DNA of 64,000 bases from Perkinsus chesapeaki ATCC PRA-425. Taxonomy: Eukaryota > Protista > Perkinsozoa. Where the stretch lies: assembly GCA_013115145.1 (NCBI GenBank), contig JAAPAO010000036.1, positions 50,079 to 114,078 of the forward strand, given 5' to 3'. The notes below the pieces were generated by a model. The model was given only the letters and a program-made list of their open reading frames with translations. It did no database searches and had not been told where the DNA came from. The translations under genes were made by a program, and so were the position numbers. The number at the start of each line of letters is the position of its first letter. Position 1 is the first letter of the stretch. Shown here one piece after another: positions 1-14,200 of this stretch.

Positions 1-420
1 AGCAGCCGCTGCAATACGAATTAAAATATCGTCATCATCATCATCATCCAAGTCAAGACTGTCATCGTCGTCGTTATCCGAGAAGGAGAAATCGCCGCGC
101 CTTTTTCGTCCATAATCATCATCAAGGTCAGAGAACTCGATCTCCTCTACACTGTAGACTTCCTTTCTGAGCTCATCCACGGCGATCTGCTTACGGCTGA
201 TAACATTTTGACGCCACCAAGAGTCCTTTATTTTGCAGCACTGCCAGCACTTTGTATAGTGACCGAAGTCGAGCTCTACCGGCTCTCGGCGGCCAATAAA
301 GTCTAAAACTACGCGACGGAGAGGCTTGTCGACGCCGACGGCATCCATGGTCTTATCAAGGGCCATCAGGTCAACAGCAAGATTGTAGGATCCTCTGACC
401 ATGCCCACAAAGTAACGCTG
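1..420 (-). CDS. Partial exon of a hypothetical protein with acidic (D-rich) tract, running off the window start
   Basis: Open minus-strand frame from a ttcag acceptor (~420) to base 1: RYFVGMVRGSYNLAVDL...FSDLDDDYGRKRRGDFSFSDNDDDDSLDLDDDDDDILIRIAAAA; no family recognised. Confidence 0.5.
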
Positions 421-900
421 AAGTGCGGATAATGATGACCCCACGCCTAGAAATAAGTAATATTCCAACGCCGATCAACGATGACCCAATCAGTGAGTGC
501 TCTACAAGGACAACAACGTTACGGCTGTGTGATAGCATCGGCTATCACCAAGCGACGGTCCCCTAACAATTTGTTAACAGAGTTCAGAAAAAAGGTTGCT
601 CTTGGGCTGGGCGTGCGCTAAATTAACAGCGCATAATCCTATGGGACGCAAATCTCGGCTTGATTGCTTCATAAGGCTGAGAATCACACCTGCATCGTTT
701 GATATTTCAGTTCTTACATTTTGTTGTCAACACATCCACCCACAGATATTAGATACGTACCATTATGGTTCAGCATGCTGATGTTAGCATGCATACAGAG
801 GAACACCACCACGTAATCACCACACTTTTCCTCTTATATGCTTACAACACTAATACCTAATTGTGTGTCCTACCTCTATTAGGGCCTAACACACTGGTTC

Positions 901-2172
901 ATGTCCCTCGATCTAAGTCACCTTTCCGTACCAGTAGTGTGTGCTATTGGTACTGGCATCGGCCTGCTACATGCCCTATCTGGCCCAGATCATCTAGCCG
1001 GTAAGCTTCCCACTACATTTTCAGCACAATTCTGTAACCATTGCAAGCTGCTGATCATTTCCTATGTTCTTAGCACTAATCCCTCTGTCGGTTAGCCTAC
1101 CGAAGCTCAGATCGTTCGAGCTTGGAATCGCCTGGGGCGCCGGACACGGTTTAGGTGTTGGGGTAAGACCCACTTCGCTGTCTATGCTGAATTGGTCTGC
1201 AGGTGCTAGCTGTGCTGATCTTTGCTATCAAGGATATCACCAAGGTAGGACAGGAGCATTCAAGTCGTGTGCATTGATCAACCTTAGATTCAATTTCTCG
1301 ACAAGTATATGGACCTCGCGGTCGGTGTGACTATAATAATCATTGGATTGTACGTTACGTTAACGTATCTCGTTCAAACTTATTGTCATTTATAGTGTTG
1401 CCATCTACGAGGCTAAAAGTTACAGCAAGCTTCATCATCATAACCACTCTGTCGAGTGCAGCCACGCATGCGACCATGAACACGCAGTTGAGAAAGATGT
1501 TGAGCATATCGGTGAGTGCCCCAAGGAGTCTGATGCCCTATGCGAAGAGGAATCGGACGAATGCGGTAACTGTCCTTGGCAGCAGCATCGCGAAGTATGT
1601 CTGTCTCGACATACTAGATACTAGGAGCACTTCTGCTGGTGAGCCATGCTGCGCCGCCTCACAGGCATTGGCCGAAGCTGCATCGAGTGGCCGTGGGCAG
1701 GCCAGTTTAATATGGCTCACTCTTACCACCGGAGTCATCCACGGCCTCAGCGGGTACTTTATCATTTCTAGCATTTTTCTCTAATGCTGATTACAGATGC
1801 GGTCATATATTTGGTATACTCCCAGCCCTTGCCTTGCATAGATGGCAGCTCTTCTGTGGTTATATCGTCACGTTCTGTATAGGCTGTTGTATCGGCATGG
1901 GTAAGTAGTAGTTGTGCATGTTGCTTACGCTGTTATTATCACAAGATTTTTCCCACAACAACTGGTTCTTAGGTGCATTTTGTGTGCTCATATCGGCGGC
2001 GTCCAAGTCCTTGGTTCAGAGGTTTCAGAGACCCGAACTTCCGAGCGATCTGGCATTCTGGTAGGACAGCTTCATCAGTTTAAAGCTCTATCGTATTGAC
2101 GACAGGTGTGGTGTTGTTGCTGTTATCTTCGGTATAGTTTGGGTCACCGTGGTTTTGCTGTGGCATGGCTAA
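901..2172 (+). CDS. Multi-exon Ni/Co transporter-like membrane protein (UreH/NicO/RcnA-like, DsbD_2-type TM domain) with His-rich loop
   Basis: Exons joined at GT-AG sites give GLLHALSGPDHLA, IAWGAGHGLG, a His-rich loop KLHHHNHSVECSHACDHEH (~1420-1490), TGVIHGLSG, GHIFGILPALAL and a final TM VAVIFGIVW; the HAxxGPDH / WGxGH / HG motifs typify this family. Confidence 0.75.
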
Positions 2173-2778
2173 GCTGTTATGTGCTGATGTGTGGTTCTTA
2201 GTTCACTTGAGTTCTCAGTGAAGTGGCTAAAGGTTTTGTGAAGACGTGCATCACCGGGTTCGGTTAACTAGTTAGTTGATGTGGGACTAGAGGCTCAGAT
2301 GCGTTAACACAACAGGAGGCACCTTGAGGGATAGTAAGCCTACGCTAGAGATAGTAGTGATAACCAAGAACACACCAAGGGCAGGCGATAATCAACCGCG
2401 CCGGTCGCTTAGCTATAGATTAGTATAACACATAGACTGCGCAGAATCCTACAACACGCGGATCGAGGCGACGAACCTTGCGACGGCAGAAATAGACATC
2501 TGCTAGATTAGAGCAATAAATTCGGTTACTATGCGGGATAGATGCTCGTTGCAGCACAGGTCTACGGTCCAGTATAAGTGATTACTTGCCCCCGGGAATC
2601 CACCAAGTTAGTAGAGCTCTGCACGTGCAACAGAGTTTGTTGCACGTTGTCGCAGTTTGTCGCACACAATGTTGTGAGCTTCGACACCTAACCTTATTTA
2701 TTGTACTTGTTTCCAAGAGCTTATGGATAGCTCCCGGTGAGTAGCTCATTTCGTCATTATGACTTCTCGTGTATCAGA

Positions 2779-2854
2779 GCACGTAGCAAGGATGAGTACT
2801 CGATTAGGGTTCTCGCACGTAGCAAGGATGAGTACTCGATTAGGGTTCTCGCAC
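2779..2854. repeat. 36-bp tandem duplication (2 copies + 4 nt)
   Basis: gcacgtagcaaggatgagtactcgattagggttctc occurs at 2779 and 2815 exactly. Confidence 0.95.
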
Positions 2855-3045
2855 CGCACGTGTACCACCACCAGTGGAGCGCGCCCCTTCCTAATCACTT
2901 AAGCGTGAGGCGTCTCCATAAGCTGCGTGGAACTAGTGAAACCTCATCAATTATGGTTGATAGTCGAGTCCCGGCTTCCAGTCCGGGCAGAGGGTTTTAC
3001 GATCCCGAGGCTTTTTTTATCATTAGTTGCTTCGTCTCAACAACA

Positions 3046-3426
3046 ATGCATCTCTTTTCCACCGCCGTCACCTTGGTCGCCTCTCTCTTGGGTAACTCCT
3101 TGGCCCAAAACTATGGCACCTACTCTCAGTGCTATGCGAATCGCACACCATTGAGCAAGATCGATGTTTCTAAGAGTGGCATTAGGTTCCACTTCAGGGC
3201 TATCAACGAAGAAACTTATGAGAAACCAGCCGCTGTGTATGGACCGTATTCGTATTCCTTTTTTGATGGTGAGGTCATAAGCCCCAATATACATGAGGAC
3301 GATCCCATACTTGTCGATTATGCGGCGTACCTGAGCTCCAGCTCGTTTTATTCAATTGCATACTATAACAACGAACTATATATACATTCCTTGAGGGGCG
3401 GAGGTACCCAACCATATTGTCAATAG
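3046..3426 (+). CDS. Small predicted secreted protein (~126 aa if unspliced)
   Basis: ATG at 3046 gives MHLFSTAVTLVASLLGNSLAQ (signal-peptide-like) in the 2737..3426 ORF; no family recognised. Confidence 0.55.
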   Translation: MHLFSTAVTLVASLLGNSLAQNYGTYSQCYANRTPLSKIDVSKSGIRFHFRAINEETYEKPAAVYGPYSYSFFDGEVISPNIHEDDPILVDYAAYLSSSSFYSIAYYNNELYIHSLRGGGTQPYCQ

Positions 3427-4099
3427 TAGCATTCGTCCTTCACTATTGTACTACCGACACAAGAAGCGTGTCAAATCTTGAACTGTGAGCTGTGTCATCT
3501 CTATCCATCATAGTTGACCTCTCATGCATCCTGCGAGTCGCGTTACTAAGAAGTCTGCTAATACCTCATCTGCTCAAGGATCTGATGAACACGGTGGTCG
3601 TGACAGCTTAAGTGGTCAATTCCATTCAAATAGGTATTACAACTTGTGAGTTTCAAGATACAAGTTGTACCATACAACCAATATTTAGAGATCGTTGTGT
3701 TAGTCAACTCTGTCTATTATTTGTTCACTTTTCTCGAGCTGACGAGACACTCCTATTTCGGAGGCCAAAAACGTTTGGCTAGCTGGCAGATGCTTTTGTA
3801 TGCTACGTTACTAACGTATAACGTAACGTTAGAATAGGGAGAGTGTGGTTAATGCGCGCGGTAAGTGCCTTTCATAAATGGCGACCTACGGTAAGCTAGA
3901 AACTTGACTATGGTGCTGATCCAGCCCATTTGTGAAGGTAAGTGACAATCAAAATGTTTTTCGTCGAAGAAAGCGAGAAACCGTAGTCACTTACAATGGC
4001 TGTCTGACAGCTCATAGCAGGGTAGATACCCTCCAGCCATGGTGGCTACTGTGAGATCCGCGGGTTTTATAGTAGTCGCCCTAGTATGACTTGCCACTC

Positions 4100-7000
4100 A
4101 ACACAGTAATCTTGACTGACACCAGCATGCTGACCATGGGCCCGCTATTAATTTCTCTGAACGAATTTGTGTTGGTTCGATGGCCACAACTCCTTCAGCT
4201 TTCTAATGAGCCACACAGTATTATCAAACGCTTGAAGATTCTCTGCTTTAAGCTTCGGCAAGTGCCGTAGCAGTGCCATACCATTCTTCAAGTGAGTATC
4301 GGCTTCCATGACCTGCCATGTGAACTATGAGAAACCTCGCTTACACAACGTTACCTGTTTCTGAGTGGCAGCAGAGATGGCTCTGTTAATGAAGGCCGTA
4401 GCTAGCAATGAGCTTGCCTTGGATGTCTCCGAGTTGGCAGTCATCTCTTGTACCTTGATGAACACCACTCTGTCAAGAACAGCTCCTTCGTCTAATCTTA
4501 CGGCTCGGGAGCAAAAGTATTCGGCCTCATGAAAATGACCCTGTCTGAACAGAACGCAGGCGTATCGTAGGCAACACTTGGCATATCTGCAGACATGGCC
4601 CATGCGTTGGTAACGAGCCGAGGCCTGCTGAAAGTAGAACCTGATCAACTGTTATCACACAAACCCGTGACGCTCCCACATGTGCTCACTCTGCGCGATC
4701 GCCGAGTAGCTTCGGATCCACCTTCGCAGCGGCAAAAGCCACGCCGAGCGCCGTGTCGAAGATATACCTACCGAATGACACTGGAGGGATGCCCTACGAA
4801 CCGAGGCCTCTTACGCCTCAACAACACTCTTGTGAGTTGCATGAAGATCGCGGAGAGCGGCGGGCATCTTTTCAATTGTTTGCTGGACCAAACTTGCCGC
4901 CTTGTCTGATAATTGGGAAGGTGTCGGCTATCCGACGTGTAAGCGCCTACCTAGTTGCTCGTTTTTAACACAAATACCGATGAACCCCGCAATGACTTGC
5001 ATCACGGTCTCGGTCATGAACGGCTGATTAGGGCTCAGAGTGGCCGGGTTAAAAACGTTCAAGTTCCCAATGCTCGTGTCTTCTAGCAGCATAATGCAGG
5101 CAAGGTAATTCCCTTGCTTCTCTTGGTTCACGAAATGGGTGGCAATCTCTGGGCTCTTGAGTGTTTGCAGCAGCTTTGTCCGACACAATCGAAACCTCAC
5201 TGGCTTGATGCCAAGCCACACAGGTTGAAGCTTGCCCACGCAAAATTCAATGGTAACCTGAGAAAACCATCACCATACCGTTTATCTCGCATGGACCGCT
5301 CTGCAGTCTGTTAATGAAGATCCGGAACTAGTCAATACAGCGCCACATAACATTATTCACAACTAAGCCGTTCCCCCTTACAACAGCGGCCGTCTCACCT
5401 TAGGATTTCCACGTGGGTCATTCGATGGGCCTCCAATATCCCGGAGCAGCACCTGCCACGGCTCACTATGCGACCACGCTTCGCTAGTGTAGCAGCTCAC
5501 CTCTTCAGGGTCAACTCGTTTTGGACTATCAGGTCCTCCTGTACTGATTGGTAGAACATTGGCGTCTATATCTTTAAACTGAGAGTCATCACCGTCCATA
5601 TCGATAAGGTATCTAACCACTTATTGACACCAACGCTGAAAGTGGAGCTTACTTTTTCATATACTCCTTATCGACGTTTGCTTGGTCAGGTAGCCCAGCA
5701 TTCGCAGCAGCAGTCACATCATCCACTGACGACTGTGATTTCGACGCTGCCGAGGTACTTGTCTGAGTCTTCTTCTTACTTGACCGCGCTGCACCTTTAG
5801 GGATGGCATCGATATGATATCAGATACGGAGGACCCACCACGGGGGTTCGAGGATGCCGGAACAGGCCTCGAAAGGAAGGCATCTTCACCCTTCCTGGAA
5901 TGTCGCTTCTCGAGCTGCTTGCCACCCTTCTTGCCACCTACGGGAAATTTTACAAAGCGGCAGCAACTAGCGAGTGCTGTACTTGGGGGCGCTGGATTGT
6001 GAGCTGCAGCATCTCGGCTCTGTGAGTGCACAAGCTGTCTCTGCTTCAACTGGGCTGCTATGCTCTCGACCATCGGTTTAAGGTTTGGGTTACGCTGCAG
6101 TAGTGTAGCAAAACGGTCCATGACTGAGGAGGGAGATGTGACACCTGACGTAGGTCACATAACTTACCTTTCTCGTAGCTCCATGAAAGCCATTGCCAGA
6201 CTCTAATCATCTCACCCGCCAGCCACATGTTATACACATAGAGGAAATATAGATTAGCACAGGCAGCATGGTCAGCCTGGATGATATCCGGCAGGGAAGC
6301 TGAGTTCGCTGTTTGGACTTTAACAACTCTGGACGACCGGACTGGACGGTCATCCGCATTTCTGCTGCCAGTCGTCTTCGCTTGGGTCTTGCCCCCCAAA
6401 TACGGCGAGACCTAAAAATGAAAATTAAACTGCGGTCACTTATTCGTCATGCTACTGTCGGTTTGAAGGTCTCAACTGCCTTATCGTCATCAAAGGCTGC
6501 TTTCGAGCGACCTTTTGAACGACCATCCGTGGTGTATGCACTCCTGGCGCTGCGAGCCGTTTCAGGTCCTGCGCACTATATATAATTCTCAAATGGATAA
6601 GTTGATTCTCACCACGACTCTCGCTGCTGGTAGCTTTCCGTGCTTTGTTATGGGACGGAGGCCACGAGGCGAGCTTGCTGAAGTGGGCAACAGCCCTCAC
6701 AGAAGTCACGTAACGGTGCCGCATTATGAAGCCGCGATAGAGTCCTTGGACCTTCACAGTAGAGTGAGCAATCTACGTGGAGCAGGCTTGTGCTTACTCG
6801 TGAAACTAGTCCAATAGTAACATTAGGAACTCTAGCTGTATAGGAAGTGAATGCTTGTGACGGTTTAGTGTATGATTCGGCTATCCAATGATAACCTCTT
6901 GAGTGATACCCATTCGGCCGAGTGCCTGATACATCGTATCTGTGACACTTCACATAGCGATAACGATCCTTACCCGCGGGGATTCGTCCAGCGTCCACAA

Positions 7001-7961
7001 GTTCGAGCCCCGGTGGCGGCAAGTAGTGTTGCCCTGCTCCGAGAGTAACATTATTGACATATCGCTGTGTGAGGGTTGACACCATCTGCGAACGAGCATA
7101 ATTGAATTCAACAGACTCTTTCGACTACAGGCTCGATGCCTTTCCAAACTGCAACCAAAAGATGGCCACTAACGCAGGCACCGTGCAGTAGAGGGGACGC
7201 TGACGAGCCGCACACCTACGAGTTACACTATATGGCCGAAGCTACTGCTCATAATGGCTACTATATCGATCAGTTTGCTGCTAACACCCATCACGCCCCG
7301 AAGCTCTCCGTCATCAGACCATGTGAAGTTACCGTCTTGCTGATGAGGCTGCTGACAAACAGTGCATGCCTTCTGGAGCCGAGCCTCGACCTTACCTCTG
7401 CGTCACCCTTACGGCGCCGAGATGCGTGAGCGGCCGATATGGATTCCAGTTGAGCTTTAGCTTTCCTCTTGTTCATCCTGATCAGTCAGGTGACGATCGA
7501 AAAGCTCAAATGCAACACTCATACGTTTCGAGAGCTTGTGTGCCTTGATCGATGCATTCGTGCAGCCAATCGATGGCAAAGCGAAGAGAGATAACATCAT
7601 TGATGAAGTCGTCCAAGCGGGCTGCTTTCTGCTTCGAGAAAGACCCACTGCCTGAGCGCATGCACTGTCGTAAGGAAGCGTGGAGCTCACTAACCATTGG
7701 CGGTCTCAAAGAGATGCTCATGCGAGGCCACTGCGTCTCGAGTTGGACGCTGACCGTAGTCGAGGCCCAGATGGCCGCGGTCAAGTATGCCGTTATACAT
7801 GGCACGGTCTGCTACTGCCCAGTGAGGCCTATGTTTCAACCCGCGATACCTGCGCACACGTGCGAGTGGAAAATATGCAAGGATAGAGCTGGCGCTGGTA
7901 GCTCGCGGTTCGGATTCGAAATTCGGACTGTCGGGGGAGACACAGGTGGAGTCGGAAACAT
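4100..7961 (-). CDS. Multi-exon hypothetical protein with TPR-like helical segment near the 3' end
   Basis: Chain of minus-strand exons from MFPTPPVSPP (7961); segment YACVLFRQGHFHEAEYFCSRAVRLD (~4490-4570) resembles a TPR; 3' end approximate. Confidence 0.45.
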
Positions 7962-8034
7962 GATAAAACGAGTAGATAGTGCTCTTTTCAACACACACGA
8001 ATCAGGATATTTAACGCATATTAGAAGCAAGAGG

Positions 8035-8108
8035 GGTCGTTTAGCTCAGTCGGTTAGAGCATCGTGCTAATAACGCGAGGGTCGCAGGTTCGAGCCCTGC
8101 ATCGACCA
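8035..8108 (+). tRNA. tRNA-Ile (anticodon AAT)
   Basis: GGTCGTT TA GCTC AGTCGGTTA GAGC A TCGTG CTAATAA CGCGA GGGTC GCAGG TTCGAGC CCTGC ATCGACC A: full cloverleaf with canonical D and T loops, one U-U in the acceptor stem. Confidence 0.95.
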
Positions 8109-8229
8109 TTTCCTCTACGTCCATTTCCGAGTTCCCATCGTTACTTTCCTCCGCCTGCTACTCGCGTTGTGAACTGGTCGTTCGTGCTCCGCCATAAAGT
8201 TGATAGTGACGCCTTGCACGCGACTAAAG

Positions 8230-11200
8230 CCGCTTCGCACGCAGCCATAAACAGCACAATGGCGCGGTCACTTTGATGATTGCTCGATACGATGTAAGTG
8301 AATATACTTCCTGAAAGAAGGGGAGCATCAGATACCCTAGCAAGCCACTAAGCCCACTCCAGAGTGTTGCTGCATTCACAACTGCCTTCTTCCATGGATC
8401 AACGGCCACACCGTGGAAACATGACTTCACCTCCGAGTCGGCTGCTAACTTGCTCGCAATAACACGAGTCACTGCGGCAATATGCTCCCCGAAGCCTAAG
8501 GTGAAAAAGTGTAAACCAGTAAAGGCGTATTCCTATGGGGCTTACTATTGGCTCCAGAGAGCAGCGCTTTCGAGTGGTCGTGGATCATAGGTAATCGATG
8601 ACTCCAAGGTGGCCTAGTGTCGTCTGTACGGCACAGGAAGCCAAACATGTAGGCTGTTGCGTAGAGGAAAACAACCTAACACATGCGAAGCTGAAGAGGC
8701 CAACTTCATCATTCCAGGAGACATACCTCCCGATCGGTCTGGAATTCAGCCTGCATTATGCCACCACACACTGTTTTGGGCATCCACGGGATTGATGACT
8801 CGAAATGGAGTTGTAGCCACGCTGACCACTGGTCAGATGGCAAAGCGCTTGCTACCTGCAGAAGAGTATAGTGCATTGCACAGCCGGGAAGCTCACTGGT
8901 ATGGAATGTTTTTGGGCTGGGCCTTCGTCATCCATGACAGACTGTTCTGAGTCCTTGGCGCTACTATCCTTCAACTTCCGGCTTGCCAATGCCATCTGAC
9001 CTCTTCGTATAGCAGAATGCACACCTGTGGGACAAAGCTAACGGTGATGGCTACTCTCTTGATTGCCCACCTTTCTCGTCATGCGCTGCACCAGCCCTAG
9101 GGTACACCGCGGCCAGGTTCCTGTGGATAGACTCGCATACTGTCTGTATCTGAAAAGGAGGGGACTTCCATCAAACAAACCGCACATTATAGACTCATTC
9201 TTACCGATGTCTTTTCCAGCGCCAACCGAGGACGAATCTGCTGGACCCGTCGGCGAGCGAACGCAGGAGGTTCGTAACAGGAAAGCCGTTGCACTTTGGA
9301 TTCAGTTTCCTGATAAACCGTGATGACTTCCCCCCACATTCCGGCCTACCTCCTTAGCTATCGCGTGCAACCTATACTGCTCGAGTTTCATCATCTTCTG
9401 GCGTGCCTTCATCCGCTTTATGTCCACAACATCATCTCTGTGCTCCTCAACAGCATTCCTGTACTGGCATAACATGTACGATCGTCGAACCAGATACCTG
9501 CATCCGACAGATACCTGATGGACGGAAACTAATACAGCAACATACATATAGAAAGGGAAGGTATCTTTATTTCTCAGCCTCTCCTCAGCTAAGTCGCGCA
9601 ATGCTTTCTTGTATCGTCGGACAATATCCGACCCTTCACCGTGCAGGGAGGACCGTACCTAATAACGTCTACACCGAGATGCATGAAGACTTGGTCGCTA
9701 CCAGATGACCACGGAAGAATCGTTGGATAAGAACAGCTCGAGTGTTGAGGTGATTAATCCAGCGCTGATGGATCTTAGTCCGGAAGATGCTCTGTAACCT
9801 GTCACACATACGTCCATGGCGGCGGCGGTAGCAAGCCTTAGTCTGGAGCACCTTAGAACTGCTCTCATCAACGCTGCATTCCTCCTCTTGGTAACCACCG
9901 AGCGATAGTTATGCTGGATCTGGAAGAGAAAGACGTGTTAAAGTAGTGTACCACCATGATCCAGCATTGTAATACCGTAACCGCGGCAGTGTTCTGCCTA
10001 ACAAGCTGCAATGCTGCCTTGAGAGCTCGCCAGCTCCTCTGCATCCTCAGAACAGGACCCTTGATCCGGTTGGTATATGTTATGACTTTATAATATCGAT
10101 ATTGTGTTTGTATAACTATTGCCGCTCTGTGCCTCATCACCCTGGCTAACAATGCCCGCAAGGTAAGGTGGATCACTACCACCCCCAACACGAACGGCGT
10201 GTGCTCCTGGTACTCATTCCGTCGACTTAGGGCAAAGAGCTCTCTAAGCCGTTGGATCTCAAGGGTTCGGCTAGTAGTGGTAGTGACATCGACAGGCACG
10301 TTGCGCAGCATGACTCCCAAGTTCTGGACGCAGCGAAGGACTTGTCGACGAGTGAGGTAGGCAAACCTGCGGGCCTTCTTCCGCTCCGCCACCTTCTTAA
10401 TCGACGGTGGCTCTATCTTCTTAACATGTCTCAAAAGCTCTTGCACCACCACATGTGCTGTCTTCTTGCCATAATTGATCGGCCAGTCCTCCGGCAGTCT
10501 GTGCTCTATTTCACAGCCGATAAGGTCAAAGATCTGCTGGGCTGCTGTGGCGTCCACTCCTTGAAATGACAGGTTACCTACATAGAACGATAAGACCCAG
10601 AGACTTATCTCACCGCCTCAGAGAAAGGCGCTGCGTGGGGAGCGAAAAGTGTCCCTAATGCGGACGTACAATAAAATTTCAAAAGAATAATAATTTTCTA
10701 TACCAAAAGTAAACACTAAATGCGTTGCTTCAGGCCTAACACATGACGACCATCCCTTAGGACTCCCCAAATGAGTCAGTCAGAAGATTGCTCTGAACCG
10801 TGAAGCATGAGTCCAGCGCAGTACTTCTATGCAGTAACAAAGGTTTACCGGTCAATCTATACTAAGGTTTGAGAGAGTGAATGGCAAAACCGTAGCCATC
10901 GCAGCTTACTGTCCATTTGCAGTCGTGGCTGGTCCAGGAATTCCCTCAAGGTAATCAAAGTCTCTGCAATAAGTGTAACATTAAGAACCTTCTGTGGCAA
11001 GCCCTTCATGGTGAGCAGCCAGAAGTTTTCCTCCGATATCCTCATCCTTCTATCATGGCTGTGCTTCAGGGATGCCATATCCTTCCAAAGGACCATCATA
11101 GGCTCCTTCGCCCGACATGGCACCGAGCAGGTGCCTCGTCCAGGCACGTCACTGAGCTCTACGAACTCCCGAGAGAACGCTCCTTCCGGCATCGCCCGAT

Positions 11201-14200
11201 CAAGAGCGACAGCGCAATGGCCCATAGAGTACGCCGTCCATGTTGTGATGTCTTTAAGGCGACCAACTGTCAACTGCCCACCTGCCATATTCAGCGTCTC
11301 CTTAGTTACGGTTAACAGAATCTCAGCAGCCATGTCACTTCGTCCGCCACCACCAGCCTTCCCTTCAACTGCCTTCATCTTATCCTTAAATCGCTCCTTC
11401 TTCCCAAAGAACATCTCAGATGCGAGTAGCTCGCACGCCTCTATCGGCACGTTAGCGATAGCTCTCTGCAAATGGGCCTTTAGATCCCTAAGTTGCATCG
11501 ACACAGCCGGTGGCAGATGCCTCCACCAAGGATGTATATAGTTATTAATACCCATTAAAGCCAGCATAACTTGTCCCACCACAGTATTCACCTAACACAC
11601 ACCATTCACATACAGGCACTTACCCTACTACCCACCGCACCACTTACCTGCTTCTCAGTAGTGGCCCTAGTACGCCGCATTAGGACAGCCAAACGCTTGT
11701 TAAGGTTCCTTCGTAGGTTCCTCTGGAGCAATAGTGCAGCCAAGTTGGCCAGCTTTGTCCTCATTAACCTCTTCCTTTCCTCTTCCATTGCCTCCAGCTC
11801 GCCAAATAGCATGACCTTCACCTCAAGACTAGCTTGCCACCTTCTCCAGCAAGACTGAATCCTTGTCGCTGCTGCAACCTAGCAAGACATTAACTTTTGC
11901 CCATACCACTACTCCCCCAAACCTACCCTTCTTCGCAGAGCTGTTCGATCCAAGAAGCCCTTAACCAGTGCCTGGACCCTCAGAACCGTCTTCAACTGTC
12001 GCTGCATTCGTGCCCGGACCAAGACCCCTCTTAAAATCCCCTGTATCGTAGCTGCCTTCTCCTGCATATCCCTCACAGGTTTCCTTCCATACCAGTAGCC
12101 TCGCAGAACCCTCTGAATATCTGTGGCCACCCTGTTCATATCAGCCAAGGCCTTCTGCGTCAGTTTCATCCGCCAGTAGCTCTGGATCTTAGCAGCTTTC
12201 ATATGCTTCACCATCAGCCTCCTTCGTTCAGCCATGCCACGGAAGGTGGCCTGCACCTTTGATATGCGTTGATGTGTGAGCTGATAATCGGCTCGCGCTC
12301 GGAACTTTCTGTACCAGCTCCGCAAGATCATCGCATTTGAACCGTGCCGGCCGAAGAATCTCTGAGCATCCCACATACGCTTACAGGACGCGATCATAGT
12401 CACAGCGTCCGTCTGCCGCCGGACACGCTTTCGTACCTAACTTCTCAGATTGCCTCCAAGGCGTGCTCGAGGCCGAAGGCTTACCAATGCTCCACGAATA
12501 AACTTCTGCAGTTTAAGCAGTGCCGTCTGCTCCGCGGACTTCTGGTGTATGTAGGCCGGGTCATCCGTGATCACGTCATGAGCGAAGCTGTAGTAGAAAC
12601 CATCAGCGTCGGGCGCCAACCGAGGGGGGTTGAGCCGAGCCAGATGCCAGTGATCAGCGGGGCACTGCTGGAGTGCTGCCTCGAACGCTTCTCGTGGGAA
12701 GAAGAGCCATTGGCACTGACATGGCCCAGTCTTGTCCGATTGATTGTCTCTGGCTAGGAAGCGTCGACGATTGCAAAAGCCAACGTTGACAAATGGAAGG
12801 GCATCGCTGAACATGGCGGCCTCGGCCTTGGTGAGATAACTGAAGGTGAGATTAGGGAGATGAAGGTAAGGGAAGCAGAGGACTTACCGGCAGCCCGGCA
12901 AGGGGTATGCCCAGTGACTTTTACGCCGCTTGTGTACTGTACCATAGCAATCACAGCAGAAGTTATCCGTGCATTGCTGACACCATACCACCGAGTCCAG
13001 AACACCACACTCGCTGCACTTAACCTGACCAAGAGGATCTTCCGGTAGTGGCAGAAGATATTCAAGAGCTCACTTTCAGAAAGCCACGATAGTCCCAGAG
13101 GAAATCGTTAAGTATGCAGTCATTGAGATGCTCTCGGAATGCCTCCAGCATAGGATGGCAAACCTGTCCCTGGTCCATCGCCAACCTCGATGACTCATCT
13201 GTCCGCCGGCCAGCCCCAGCGAAGGCTCCTGCACCACCCCTATCGAGCTTGACATAATAACGCACATCCGAGCCTCTAATGATGACCTCCCAATCGGGTG
13301 GTAGGTTGTACTTCAAGGCAAAGTAGCAATACCAATAGTAGTGGTAGTTGCCGTGGATGCCCAGCTGCATGGCCATGCTCTTAATCTGCTTTGGAGTGAT
13401 CACCACATGACCCTTAGTTCCATCAGGATTCCCTGTAGCCCTCAATAGAAGGCGTAGACCATTGAGACCGGTAAGGGAGTAACGTTCCTCTTCAACACCC
13501 AGCACATCAGGAGCCAGGAACCGACTCTCGTTACTTGCCCTCCTTAAGTCATCAACGTGGACATATACCTGAAGGGATGAGGCACAGAGAGATGGATGCC
13601 ATACCAGGCATGTTTGCCCTTGAGAATTTAGCATTCACTATGGCAAGATCTCCCAAATTCTGCTACCACAACTACCCACTATTTTTCAGCCGATGTATTT
13701 CTCAGAGCAAATTGCCTTACCTCCTCTTCATCCACCAGCCCTGCCTCCAGCAGATTCTGCATAGTAAGCTCTACTCTACCTCTCAAGATACCATCATTAT
13801 CGCCCACCATAGCCCTGGTTATGTTATCATCATCTTCGCTGCCATCTTGTAACTGCTTGATAAGATCGGCACTCTCTGACAAGTCTGCCTGCAGCTCCGT
13901 ATAGGGCTGCAGCCAGTCCGGCAGCTTCCCCAATGCCATTGTGCTGAATGTCTCCGGCGGCACTATACGTATCCTTGTAGCATAGGAGAACTGTACATCA
14001 GTAAACTCCCTATCAGCATTGCTCGCCACTTGATGGAACCATCCATGGAAGGGATCATAGGGCTCTCCAGCGTTGCCCATGACAACGTTGCCAGCATCTG
14101 GCAGTCCCCAGGCGTCCGGATGAAACATCATAACATCCACAAACTCCAGCCTCATATAGAACAAGTGCGGCTTCTTCCGCTGGAGCTCGAACCACATAGT

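Noticed and set aside
7552-8276. Plus-strand ORFs 7552..8070 and 8064..8276
   Set aside because: They are antisense to a spliced minus-strand gene or run through the tRNA-Ile gene; no protein features
10887-10900. ACCGTAGCCATC, matching the 5' part of the perkinsid/dinoflagellate spliced leader
   Set aside because: Only 12 nt, antisense within a coding exon, and the rest of the SL is absent
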